Positions 53,166 through 62,498 of a DNA stretch of 64,000 nucleotides are shown piece after piece. The stretch is taken from assembly GCA_008690995.1 (NCBI GenBank), contig VRMN01000003.1:682001-746000 (forward strand), written 5' to 3'. Under the pieces are notes generated by a model. It was given only the letters and a program-made list of their open reading frames with translations, was not told where the DNA came from and ran no database searches. Both the position numbers and the translations under genes were made by a program. Position 1 is the first letter of the stretch. Every line of letters begins with the position of its first letter. The DNA comes from Porphyridium purpureum (lineage: Eukaryota).

Positions 53166-54073
53166 GATTTTCTCGCCTCTCATACTTGAGGAGAATGCCG
53201 GGCGGCTCCCTTTTTGCCTTTTTGATGCTGCGCCCGGATGTGCACCGTCGCGGTATTATGTTCGGCGCTCCGCCGCCGCTGCGCGGAAGCTGCGTTGCAC
53301 GCGTGCTCGTGTGTCGAATGCAAAATGTTTCATAACAGGTAAATGATGTCGAGTTTACTATCAGAGTATCTTCGCAAAACGAGATGCCTGTCGCTTCCAG
53401 GCTGTACCTGAGCTTCGCTGCCCGATGTGGCGCACAAGTGCCGACCGGAAGTCTTTCGCCAATTCCGATTTCACAGTTGGTCGTCTGCCGATGCCACTGG
53501 GACCCGTGTCGAACGACACGAGCTCATTGCACGCAAGAGATGGTCATGCCATCCCCATATCAGACTCGGCACGTGCAAGCCAGAAAGTGCTTGTCGTCAA
53601 TCCCGCAACCGCGCCTACCGCATCAAGAAGCCGAAGAGCCTGCGCCCGGATGTTTAAGGAACTTTGGCTTGTGCCATGGAGGCATCACTCACGGCGCCTC
53701 AGGCAAGTGCGAGAGTGTGATTGTCAAGAGTATCATGACAGCCGGCAAGTCGGCTCTTGGCTCTCCCCCGAAGAACGAAAGACAACTACAAGGATGCTGC
53801 GGCTGGCGCACGTCTCCCAGTGATGTTCGCAAGAACTGTTCACGCTTCACTCCATTTGTTCCGAGAGGTTAGATCAAGGGTTATCGAGCGGTTATTTCAA
53901 GGGTTTAGCCTGGGGCGAACTGTACCGAGGCAAGGAAGAAAGCCGGAAACCGACGGCGGTGAAGATTGCAGAGGTTGAATGGCAAAGTGGGGTTGGGCGA
54001 GGGGGAAGGTTAGTGTGCGTGTCAGCGGTAGAGAAGAGTCTTTTGGTCATTTGAATCACACGAGGACAGCAGC

Positions 54074-54493
54074 ATGGCCAAGCGTGGAGGAGGAGCAGCC
54101 GGAAGCAAGTTCCGCACGACACTGGCGCTTCCGGTGGCGGCGATCATGAACTGCGCAGACAACACGGGTGCGAAGAACTTGTACATCATCGCGGTGTACG
54201 GTGTTAGCGGCGTGCTGAATCGTCTGCCGGCGGCCGCCGTCGGCGATATGGTGCTCGCGACCGTGAAGAAGGGAAAGCCGGAGCTGAGGAAGAAAGTCAT
54301 GCCAGCGATTGTGATTCGGCAGAAGAAGGCTTGGCGCAGAAAGGATGGGGTCTACCTGAACTTTGAAGATAATGCGGGAGTCATTGTGAATCCGAAGGGA
54401 GAAATGAAAGGCTCTGCAATCACTGGCCCGGTAGCTAAGGAGTGCGCTGATCTGTGGCCACGTATCGCATCATCTGCCGGAAGCATCTTGTAG
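54074..54493 (+). CDS. RPL23: 60S ribosomal protein uL14 (L23)
   Basis: [65 protein letters not shown]. Confidence 0.98.
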   Translation: MAKRGGGAAGSKFRTTLALPVAAIMNCADNTGAKNLYIIAVYGVSGVLNRLPAAAVGDMVLATVKKGKPELRKKVMPAIVIRQKKAWRRKDGVYLNFEDNAGVIVNPKGEMKGSAITGPVAKECADLWPRIASSAGSIL

Positions 54494-54798
54494 TCTTCGG
54501 ATTTCGAGTAGTAAAGCTCATACATTCTTTGCCTTTCGAGGGTCCAATTGATCGTCCTCCAGCAGAGCGCACTGGCGCGCGAATGAATGCGCATTGTATG
54601 GAGTAAGCGCCATCGGAGTCTTGTCCGCGCTTGGCAGTGGGTTTCGACCAAGGGAACTGAACAAAAAGACGCGGCGACTGCCAGGTCTGAAGTAAGGAGC
54701 ACGGGCACATGAAGCAAGATACAGAAAAGCAACTATCATGATGCGTTCACTCTTTACGTCAAATGCAAGTGAAGGAAATGCAGTGTTTCGATGAATTG

Positions 54799-57537
54799 CT
54801 AAGCATTAGCATCTTTTGATCGCTTGGCGAGCTCGACAAGCTCGTCCGCATCGTCTTTGTGTAGACGGTAAAAGTGCCGCTTCAACCCGCTAAATTGAAC
54901 AAACGACTCACCGCACTGGGAACATGTGTGCGGCTTCTGCTTCTCGTGAACCATTCGAATATGCCGGCGCAAGTTTGATTTGGCGACAAAAGTCGAATCA
55001 CATTGTGAGCAGATATGTACACCCTTGTCGCTAGCCGGAGTGGCCCCAACGTCTTGATCATTCCCGGCCGACATCGTCGCTATCGCCGCATAACTGGGAG
55101 CCCCGGGTGCTTCCCCGACGCCATTATTCCATCCAAGACTTCCGGCCTCTCTTGCTTCGCAAGAGGTGGCGACCGAAACCCCTACATGCAATGGCTGCTG
55201 CGTGATTCCATAATCAGCACGTGATACATCCCCCTGCAGAACACTGCCCAGGCCTCGATGGAGGGTGGAGCTGAAGGAGGCTTCGCCAAACGTAGGCATG
55301 CTTCTAAGATGATCCGAGAAGCTGCTGCGCGTGCCTTGTGGATTCGGAAAATCTAAAGAAGCCCCAGACACGCCAGCAGAGTTTGGGGCTTCCATCCATA
55401 AACCTGAGGCCAAAGGCCGCAAACCCTGTTGCTGGTGATGATACTGCTGCTGCTGCTGCTGCTGTTGCTGCTGTTGTTGCTGTTGCTGCTGTTGTTGCTG
55501 TTGTTGCTGTTGCTGCTGTTGCTGCTGCCGTGGCTGCTGCTGCATGCTCATCCGTGGCGACGGTGAAAATGGTAGAACGGAACCATGCTGCTGCAACTGC
55601 TGAAATCTCTGCAGATTCGAAAACGATCCGTACTCCGAAACTCCCTGAATGTACGTCCTCAAGGACCCGTCCCCAGCCATGCGGTCATATTCAGTTCCCA
55701 TGTTGGGGCGCACATGCTGTTGGTGTGATGTACCGCTCGGATCTGGCGTGTATACAGCTGCATGGCCCGAAGGACTAGAGGATGGAAAATCTGCGGGCAA
55801 AGTGTGGTTTGCTGTCGTAATAGGCGAATGCCCTCCGAATCCTTGCGACCACTGAGGGCGCTCTGAAGGCGGAGATACCGCGCTGAAAAAAGGCAGCTCA
55901 TGTGGATTGTCCGTTGTGGAGGATATACCACTCGTCGTTGTGTTCACATGAGTGCTCCGCTGACTCAAAAAGGTGGGTCGAACGAAGGCCGCTGGATTCG
56001 TCTTCGACTTCTCGTGAAAAGTATGACCGCTGAACTGGGCTTCCACAGCCGGTCCTGGCTTTTGCAACCTCCTCATCCACGGACTCATGTCACTCACAGG
56101 AGGCTTTGAGGCGGGAACACTTGTTGGCAGGGACACCGACCACTGAGCGGAAGTGGCCGGTGAAGTCCACGGATCATTTCTCGAGGCACCTTCTACGAAG
56201 TGAGGCAATCCCTGACCTGCGCCTTGACCTCTAGGCTCACGAACTGACCGCTTACCAGTGTCCCGGGTCGTCCACGAACCTGCCGCAGACGGTTCATCGG
56301 GCAAATCCAATGTGGCTAACGGGGTCGGTTCGCTTGCTACTTGTACCGGTTTAACGCTTTCGATGAAGCGTGGCTCCTTACTGACTTGGTTTGTAACTTC
56401 ACTCGCGTGCCACAAGTCGCGAGGATGCTTTTCTCCGGACAACCGACGTGCATCGGCTCGCTCTTCGTGTGGATGAGTTTGTTCCATTTCTCCTTCAAGT
56501 TCTGCATGTTCCGCAGTGACGCGAGATTCCTTGGCGTCCATCTTTTCTGCATTTTCTGCATCCTGGGCGTCCTCGACATAAGCAAACCGCGCGGGACGTT
56601 TCGAATAGTCCAGCACATTCCACCTTGAGCTGCTTGGAGCTTCTGAGAGAACATCTTCGGCGATGAGCTTGTACTGCTCCGGAGTTTCAACTTCCTCTTC
56701 TGCGTCATCATTGTCGAGCGAGCTCTGCTGCGGAAGCCCGAGCGGGTCGCGCCGCGACCACCCGGGAATAAAGTCCAGAAGACCCAGAGAATCAATGATT
56801 TCTGCATTAACTCGCGAAATTTGGTCCGGTGGTAAATGAAAATCAAAGCCGCGCAGCACTCGATATTCTTTTTCGAGCACGCGCCCACCTTCTCCAAAGT
56901 TTCGCACGCGCACCATGCCGTCTGCGTGGGGCACTTTACGCAGCTGCTGCACTAGGAGGTTCCAGCCGTCCATCCCGGAGGGAACATCCATGAGCATGTT
57001 TTGAGGAAGTTCGGAGTTGGCAGAGTCTGGCGACAAGTCCTCCACGACGGTACGCATGACAACCTTTCCCGCACCCTTGCCCAGTTCTGGAGCGTGGTTG
57101 AGCCAAATGACTTCGGCGCGCTTGGGGCCACGCATGCCAAACGTTGTGGTGGCGATCATAAAGGAGCCGTCTTCGTACCAGGCAAACTGCACAAAGTTGG
57201 AAGGGTCGTGCAGATCCACGACAAATCTGCGGGAGACTGGCGGCGAGTCATGGAGGCCCTTCCGAAAGACGGACGGCAGCGCGGGCCCGGTAATTGAGCC
57301 GAGGACGAAGTGCGAGTCGATTCGGTTAGCCACAAAAAGGGATTGAGAAATGCTGCGGTACTCCTTGCGCTCGTGCTGCGACATGGAGTGCGACGAGTAC
57401 GCCTTGTACACGAGCGCGTTCTCCACGTTGACCGCCGACACATTGCTTCGCCAGCCCGCGACGTCGCGTGCCGTCAGCCAGTCCCGGATATTATCATCAT
57501 CAAACACTTTGCGCAGGATATTCTTCACCTTGCCCAT
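54799..57537 (-). CDS. C2H2 zinc-finger transcription factor with polyQ and an unrecognised globular N-terminal domain
   Basis: Two C-terminal fingers CSQC...HIRMVH and CSQC...HFYRLH linked by EKQKPH; long low-complexity middle region. Confidence 0.88.
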   Translation of the reverse strand: MGKVKNILRKVFDDDNIRDWLTARDVAGWRSNVSAVNVENALVYKAYSSHSMSQHERKEYRSISQSLFVANRIDSHFVLGSITGPALPSVFRKGLHDSPPVSRRFVVDLHDPSNFVQFAWYEDGSFMIATTTFGMRGPKRAEVIWLNHAPELGKGAGKVVMRTVVEDLSPDSANSELPQNMLMDVPSGMDGWNLLVQQLRKVPHADGMVRVRNFGEGGRVLEKEYRVLRGFDFHLPPDQISRVNAEIIDSLGLLDFIPGWSRRDPLGLPQQSSLDNDDAEEEVETPEQYKLIAEDVLSEAPSSSRWNVLDYSKRPARFAYVEDAQDAENAEKMDAKESRVTAEHAELEGEMEQTHPHEERADARRLSGEKHPRDLWHASEVTNQVSKEPRFIESVKPVQVASEPTPLATLDLPDEPSAAGSWTTRDTGKRSVREPRGQGAGQGLPHFVEGASRNDPWTSPATSAQWSVSLPTSVPASKPPVSDMSPWMRRLQKPGPAVEAQFSGHTFHEKSKTNPAAFVRPTFLSQRSTHVNTTTSGISSTTDNPHELPFFSAVSPPSERPQWSQGFGGHSPITTANHTLPADFPSSSPSGHAAVYTPDPSGTSHQQHVRPNMGTEYDRMAGDGSLRTYIQGVSEYGSFSNLQRFQQLQQHGSVLPFSPSPRMSMQQQPRQQQQQQQQQQQQQQQQQQQQQQQQQQQQYHHQQQGLRPLASGLWMEAPNSAGVSGASLDFPNPQGTRSSFSDHLRSMPTFGEASFSSTLHRGLGSVLQGDVSRADYGITQQPLHVGVSVATSCEAREAGSLGWNNGVGEAPGAPSYAAIATMSAGNDQDVGATPASDKGVHICSQCDSTFVAKSNLRRHIRMVHEKQKPHTCSQCGESFVQFSGLKRHFYRLHKDDADELVELAKRSKDANA
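55444..55527 (-). repeat. (CAG/CAA)28 polyglutamine tract
   Basis: 84 nt of mixed CTG/TTG triplets on the + strand. Confidence 0.95.
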
Positions 57538-58150
57538 CCTGTCGGGAGCTCGTGCGCCAACACGCCGAGCCGAAGCATCCGCTCTGCGCACCCGCGCTGC
57601 ACCCGCGCTGCACCCGCGCGACGTTCACCCTTTTTCGGCAAGACGCAGCCGCACTCACCCAGCCCCTTGATAAAACCGCGTCACCTTCATCATGCGCGCG
57701 CAGCGCTGTGTGATAATTCCCGCCTAAATCCATATGAACGCGCGCACCAGCACAGCCGATTTATTTTACAACCCCGAACGCCAGCTCGCAGCCGCGCTGC
57801 CACGCGCGCTCACCTTGCGCGCGCCCCGCAGAACGCACGCGTACTGCTCACACTGTACACCACCTCTCACTGTACCGCACCGCCTGCCGAGCTGTACCGC
57901 GCGCGGAGGAGATTCGAGGTCAATGCTTTCGCTCGGTGGAGATGAGATCCCTGGCTAATGAAAACACCGCACCTGGATCCCTAACGATTCGCAGCCGCGC
58001 GTGGCGCTATCAGGGACGGTTGTGTCGGTCTCGGGGTTGGCGTGTCGCAGCGGGTTGTGGGTGGGAGAGAAGAGGGGTTAAGCAGGGTGGCGGTGGGGAG
58101 AGGCGGAGGGGCGACACGTGCACGTGACACGAGGGGAGCAGGCCGGAGAG

Positions 58151-59144
58151 ATGGCGTGCTTTGTGGGAGCAGCAACGTCCGCGCCGGTGCGAGGCACCCG
58201 CAGCGCCGTCGAGTCGGCCCGCGGAGCGCCGCGCCGCCGCGCGCCGCAGCCGCGCGCAGCTGCGCATGAAGCAGGACGACTACGAGCAGTGGAAGACCGA
58301 GTTCGCGGGCGGCTTCCCGGGAGGCGAGGCCTTCTACAAGAAGTGGATCGAGGAGGGCGCCAAGGGCGACGTGCCTGCGCTGGAAGAGGAGCTCCAGCCC
58401 AGGTCGCCCAACAAGAAACCCACCATTTACGAAGAGCAGATGATCTCGAACCGCGGACAGCAAAAGGGCGTGGACCCAACGTGGAAGACGCTGCTTGCGG
58501 GAGGATTCCCTGGCGGTGAGTTCTTCTTCAAAAAGTGGATTGGAGAGGGAGCTCAGGGCGAAGTGCCCAACCTGGACGCTGACCTGCAGCCGGGCTCTGG
58601 CAGTGCGAAAAAGACCGGGAAGAAGGAGGACGCGGACAAGTCCTCCCCTGGAGGTATCATGACGCCCGGCCGCATCATGGTTCCGTCTGGCCTGGGTGAG
58701 GAAGAAGAGACTGTGGACAAGGAAGCGCCACGGCCGGAGCTTTATAATAAGTACTTCTCAGCGGATCGCCTGCACAAGGCCCCAGAGATCCTGTTTGAGT
58801 ACAACAAAACCAAGTATGACCGCGTTGGCGTACGATACACGGAGGTCACGTCGAAAGCCTCGGAGCGATTCTTCCCCAAGTCCCGTATGAATAGGGCGCC
58901 AGTGATTGAAATCAGCTATCGCGAAGGCGCGGTGTCGACTGCCAGCGTTTCGCTGAGCATGCCAGAAATCAGCGGACCGCCCGCACTGCCGTTCCCTGTA
59001 CCAAAGGGTGACGTGACGACGACGATGGTGACGGACCCGACCACGGGAAGGCTGAAGCTTGAGTTCAAGGTAGACGGCGCAGCGGTCTCTGCGTACTCCG
59101 ATCCTCGTGCCACCGAGGCGTACAACAAAATGATCAGAAAGTAA
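58151..59144 (+). CDS. Probable nuclear-encoded phycobilisome (rod-core type) linker protein; apparent frameshift in the transit peptide
   Basis: Two repeats WKTxxAGGFPGGExFxKKWIxEGAxGxVPxLxxxLQP and two [YF]F.....xxAPxI motifs that I associate with red-algal linkers (recall, unverified). The MACFVG transit start at 58151 is out of frame with the LRM-KQDD mature region at 58266. Confidence 0.65.
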
Positions 59145-59274
59145 TGGTCATGTTTGACGACTGAACAAAATAAATAGTCCTCAGCTCTCCCCACCCTGAA
59201 AATGACCCTCGTTTGCATCCACCGGATTGGAGTGAAGGGAACAGATTCTCTTGTGGAACCGCAGCTCTTTGGCA

Positions 59275-59934
59275 ATGATATCCTTCGCGTTACCATTCTC
59301 TGATGGGGTTTTCATCGATGCAGTGAATGTTTTCGGTCGTCTGGCCGAGCAGGCACCTGTGGACTTCACATCGACCTACCGACGTTCCACGCAGCGCGCA
59401 GACTTTGCTTTGTGGCTGCCGTGCCGCTTCAGTCGTCGCTTGATGGTTTTGGATCCGCATTGGCGTGATGTTTTGTTCGCAGACAGCGTCAAAGGAAGGA
59501 ACGGGAGTCGCTCCATTGACTTGCAGCAATTTCAAGAAAGGATTCGATCGGCTACTTTCATGTATCCAATGGACGCCAACACAGGTCGCGCTGTGCGTCT
59601 ACCAGAGGGATTCAGTAGTGTCGCAATGTGGGGCTCGAACGGCGATATCAATGGGTCCTTACAGCGCCTCGCGAAAAGGGCTAGAGACGCCGACGGCCAG
59701 GTAGAGCCTGTCGACACGCTGCTTAGAGATGTCCAAGCGTGGTTTCAAGCCCGACAGATTGGGACCCAATTTCTGGAGCGCGCCTTTGAAGTTCTGGGCA
59801 GCGATTTGACAACCAACACATTGTCTCGAGATAGCGTGGAAATTACGATTCTGCAGCTTGCGCGGGCCGTCGACCCGGATCCTAGCGACGCTGTGCTCGA
59901 TTGGACCACTTGGGTCCATGCGCTTACGCAATGA
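59275..59934 (+). CDS. Hypothetical protein (about 219 aa)
   Basis: ATG-started ORF with protein-like composition; no motif recognised. Confidence 0.5.
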   Translation: MISFALPFSDGVFIDAVNVFGRLAEQAPVDFTSTYRRSTQRADFALWLPCRFSRRLMVLDPHWRDVLFADSVKGRNGSRSIDLQQFQERIRSATFMYPMDANTGRAVRLPEGFSSVAMWGSNGDINGSLQRLAKRARDADGQVEPVDTLLRDVQAWFQARQIGTQFLERAFEVLGSDLTTNTLSRDSVEITILQLARAVDPDPSDAVLDWTTWVHALTQ

Positions 59935-60374
59935 GCTCACAAAGGTGCTTCTCGAGAGCCAAGGAAGGCATAAAATTTGTAGATGCTGCGCGCATGTTTC
60001 GGTGTGAATTTTGTGTTCGACAAAGTTTTGGTGAGTGAAAGGCATACTTGCGCCACACTGCACGCGAACTGTAGCAGTATTGTCTGTGCAACCGCGAAGA
60101 TCTGCTCCTCTGCGGCGCGCTGCCAGCGGGAGTGGGGAGCACTGATGGCGCACGGTTTCCACGCAACAAGAGCGACGTCGACAAAGGACCTAATAGCACG
60201 GGCTATGTGAATCACGATACATGATTGAGCGACGTTTGACTGACCGGCGCACGCGACGTCATCAGAATCTTGTTTTTCTCAAGTACTGTTCAGATCATGA
60301 ACATGTACGAGACCATAAGTTGAACATGTCATGATGAGAGCATCATACTCGAGGTAACCCATAGCCTCACATGC

Positions 60375-62495
60375 TCACCAAGCTGCCGCGTTCTGCAGGG
60401 AAAGCACAATTGCTCTCACATGACCGACTTGCATGGCATTCAGCTCTGATGCTGGTGGATCGCTTGACTGTTGCACAATCATTTCGACGATGAACTTCAG
60501 ATCTTGACCCTGCGTGAGCAGATCTCGAATCGTCTTCAAACCATTATCTTCAAACTCTCTCGAATAGAGCTCAAACTCACTTCCCAGCGAGGTCATGAAG
60601 TCGGGAATGCTCATTGAGCTTGCAATCTTACACACTTCCAGTTCCTTGATGTCTTTCGCGGGGACCAATCCCTTTCTCACAAGCTCAGCGTGGGGCACCA
60701 CCCTGGCAGTAGCCCAGTCAATTTCGCGCCCGCATCCCGATTCACCAGGGGAAGATACTTGATGCGCACCAGACTTTGAGTCTGTATCGCCAAGGTCCTG
60801 CACAAGGGATTCTTGAACCCCTTTGTGCACCACTCTGAACACTCGGCGTATACCCGACAGATCCCTGCCGCCAAAGTCATCTCTCTTGCCTTTTAGAATT
60901 TTCAGCCTGCGAACGAGTCGGAACGGGTCGCTTCGGTCCTCGGTGTATTCGTAGCCGTACGGCGTATCACGCGGTACATCGTGGCCTTCGTCACGCTTCC
61001 GTACCGTGCCGCATATGTCCAACCTACTGCAGCCCCTTGGCTTCAAGAAAATGGTGTTACAATAAGGGCATGCCTTGAACACGTCGTACGATCCGTCAAC
61101 TGGATACTGCATAGCAACACCTCCCAGGACAGCGCTCAACTCAGCCGCCAGCACTTGTTTTACGTAGTTCAGGACTGCGATTCTTGCGTTCATTTCATCC
61201 TCGTTGCTTGCATCCAACCAAAGCTCATCCAGCGGCGCTCCGACAAGTTTAGCGGTGGCTTCCATCGCACATTCTTCAGAGCTGTCGTCTGAGAATTTGA
61301 AGATGATATCGATGGTGGGCCCAACCATATCCACATAGTTCCCTGAAATCTTCTTGTTCCCATGATCATAAGCTTTTCGATTCACTGCTGCAGACAATTC
61401 CTCGCGCGCCAACGCCGCCCGCGCAGCTATCTCGGACCGCGCGTCGAACAGAATATCCGCGAGGTCTGCGTTCTGGGGCTTGGGTATGTGAATAGGGAAT
61501 TCGCGGAGACACTCAACGAGCGGAATCTTGTAATTCGTATTCCAGTCCTTAGCATATCCAGCCAGCGCGACAATCGAATCGTACAGCCACTTCACTGACA
61601 CGTCTGGACCAACAATAGCGACTGGACCCACGAAAGGCAATCTCGATCGCACCTGGTCCACAAACTGTTGGTACTCAAAGAATGGCCGCTTTCCATCCAA
61701 CTGCGAGCGCGTTTTGATTTTGCTCACGTATGCATCTCGATGTGTGAGTACCAAGAAGACTTGGGTCCTTTTGAGCGGTTCGTTGGATGATCCCCGCTTC
61801 AACATCGTGACATGAATTCCGCCCTTATCCTTCTTGAACGTGTTGCAATTCAAAATGGAATCCAGGCTGTTTCCCTGGATTCCTGCAATGAAATCTTCAG
61901 CTCGGCATGATACGGGCAATGGTGCAACCAGCACAATTTGGGTCACATCGCCAGTGATCAACGCCTTACGGATTTCCATGGCTTCATCAAAAGCAATGCT
62001 TTGCCCCAGACCTGGCGTATCGACCACATTTAGATCTTTCGCAGGACCTTGCGTTCGCGCAGATACCATCTTCTTCGTGCAAGTCTGCGTCGCGTATGAA
62101 GTCAATCCAATATCTCCAGTGAGCTTCTTGTGCAACGAGGTCTTTCCACTACCCTGACCGCCCAGAAGCAACATGGTCTTGTTGACGAACGACGGCACCG
62201 CCTCTCTCATTTTGTAGTCTTCAACTTGCCTACGCACATGCTCCGGTAAAAAAAGCTCGCCCTTCGTCGGGTCATAGGATGGTGCCATTGGATCATTTTG
62301 GTATTGAGTCACAAGGACATCCGCATTAAGAACGTGATTCGCAACTTGCACCTCCAGCCACAGCTTCTCTGGAGTCTCTGCTGCAGCGACTATGACGCGC
62401 GCCTGCTCGTTCGGGTCCAGTAGGCGTCCAGCCATCCAGGGCTTCACCGTTCCGTCGTCGTTCCTGAGTGTGAATCCTTCATAGTCATAACACAT
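60375..62495 (-). CDS. TRAFAC/AIG1-like P-loop GTPase with Cys-rich Zn module and C-terminal SAM-like domain (in frame with the upstream MACPF ORF)
   Basis: G1 GGQGSGKT, G2 TCT, G3 VVDTPGL, G4 LVLTHRD; CPYC..KPRGC....CG...GCG..IDW; SIPDFMTSLG..FELYSREFEDNGL...GHVRAI. Confidence 0.8.
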   Translation of the reverse strand: MCYDYEGFTLRNDDGTVKPWMAGRLLDPNEQARVIVAAAETPEKLWLEVQVANHVLNADVLVTQYQNDPMAPSYDPTKGELFLPEHVRRQVEDYKMREAVPSFVNKTMLLLGGQGSGKTSLHKKLTGDIGLTSYATQTCTKKMVSARTQGPAKDLNVVDTPGLGQSIAFDEAMEIRKALITGDVTQIVLVAPLPVSCRAEDFIAGIQGNSLDSILNCNTFKKDKGGIHVTMLKRGSSNEPLKRTQVFLVLTHRDAYVSKIKTRSQLDGKRPFFEYQQFVDQVRSRLPFVGPVAIVGPDVSVKWLYDSIVALAGYAKDWNTNYKIPLVECLREFPIHIPKPQNADLADILFDARSEIAARAALAREELSAAVNRKAYDHGNKKISGNYVDMVGPTIDIIFKFSDDSSEECAMEATAKLVGAPLDELWLDASNEDEMNARIAVLNYVKQVLAAELSAVLGGVAMQYPVDGSYDVFKACPYCNTIFLKPRGCSRLDICGTVRKRDEGHDVPRDTPYGYEYTEDRSDPFRLVRRLKILKGKRDDFGGRDLSGIRRVFRVVHKGVQESLVQDLGDTDSKSGAHQVSSPGESGCGREIDWATARVVPHAELVRKGLVPAKDIKELEVCKIASSMSIPDFMTSLGSEFELYSREFEDNGLKTIRDLLTQGQDLKFIVEMIVQQSSDPPASELNAMQVGHVRAIVLSLQNAAAW

Positions 62496-62498
62496 CTC

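Noticed and set aside
53384..53978. Overlapping short ORFs between the tRNA and RPL23
   Set aside because: No motif and atypical composition.
60285..60350. Short repeats and palindromes (TGAACATGT twice, ATGATG/CATCAT) downstream of the GTPase
   Set aside because: Too short to exceed chance; not an array.
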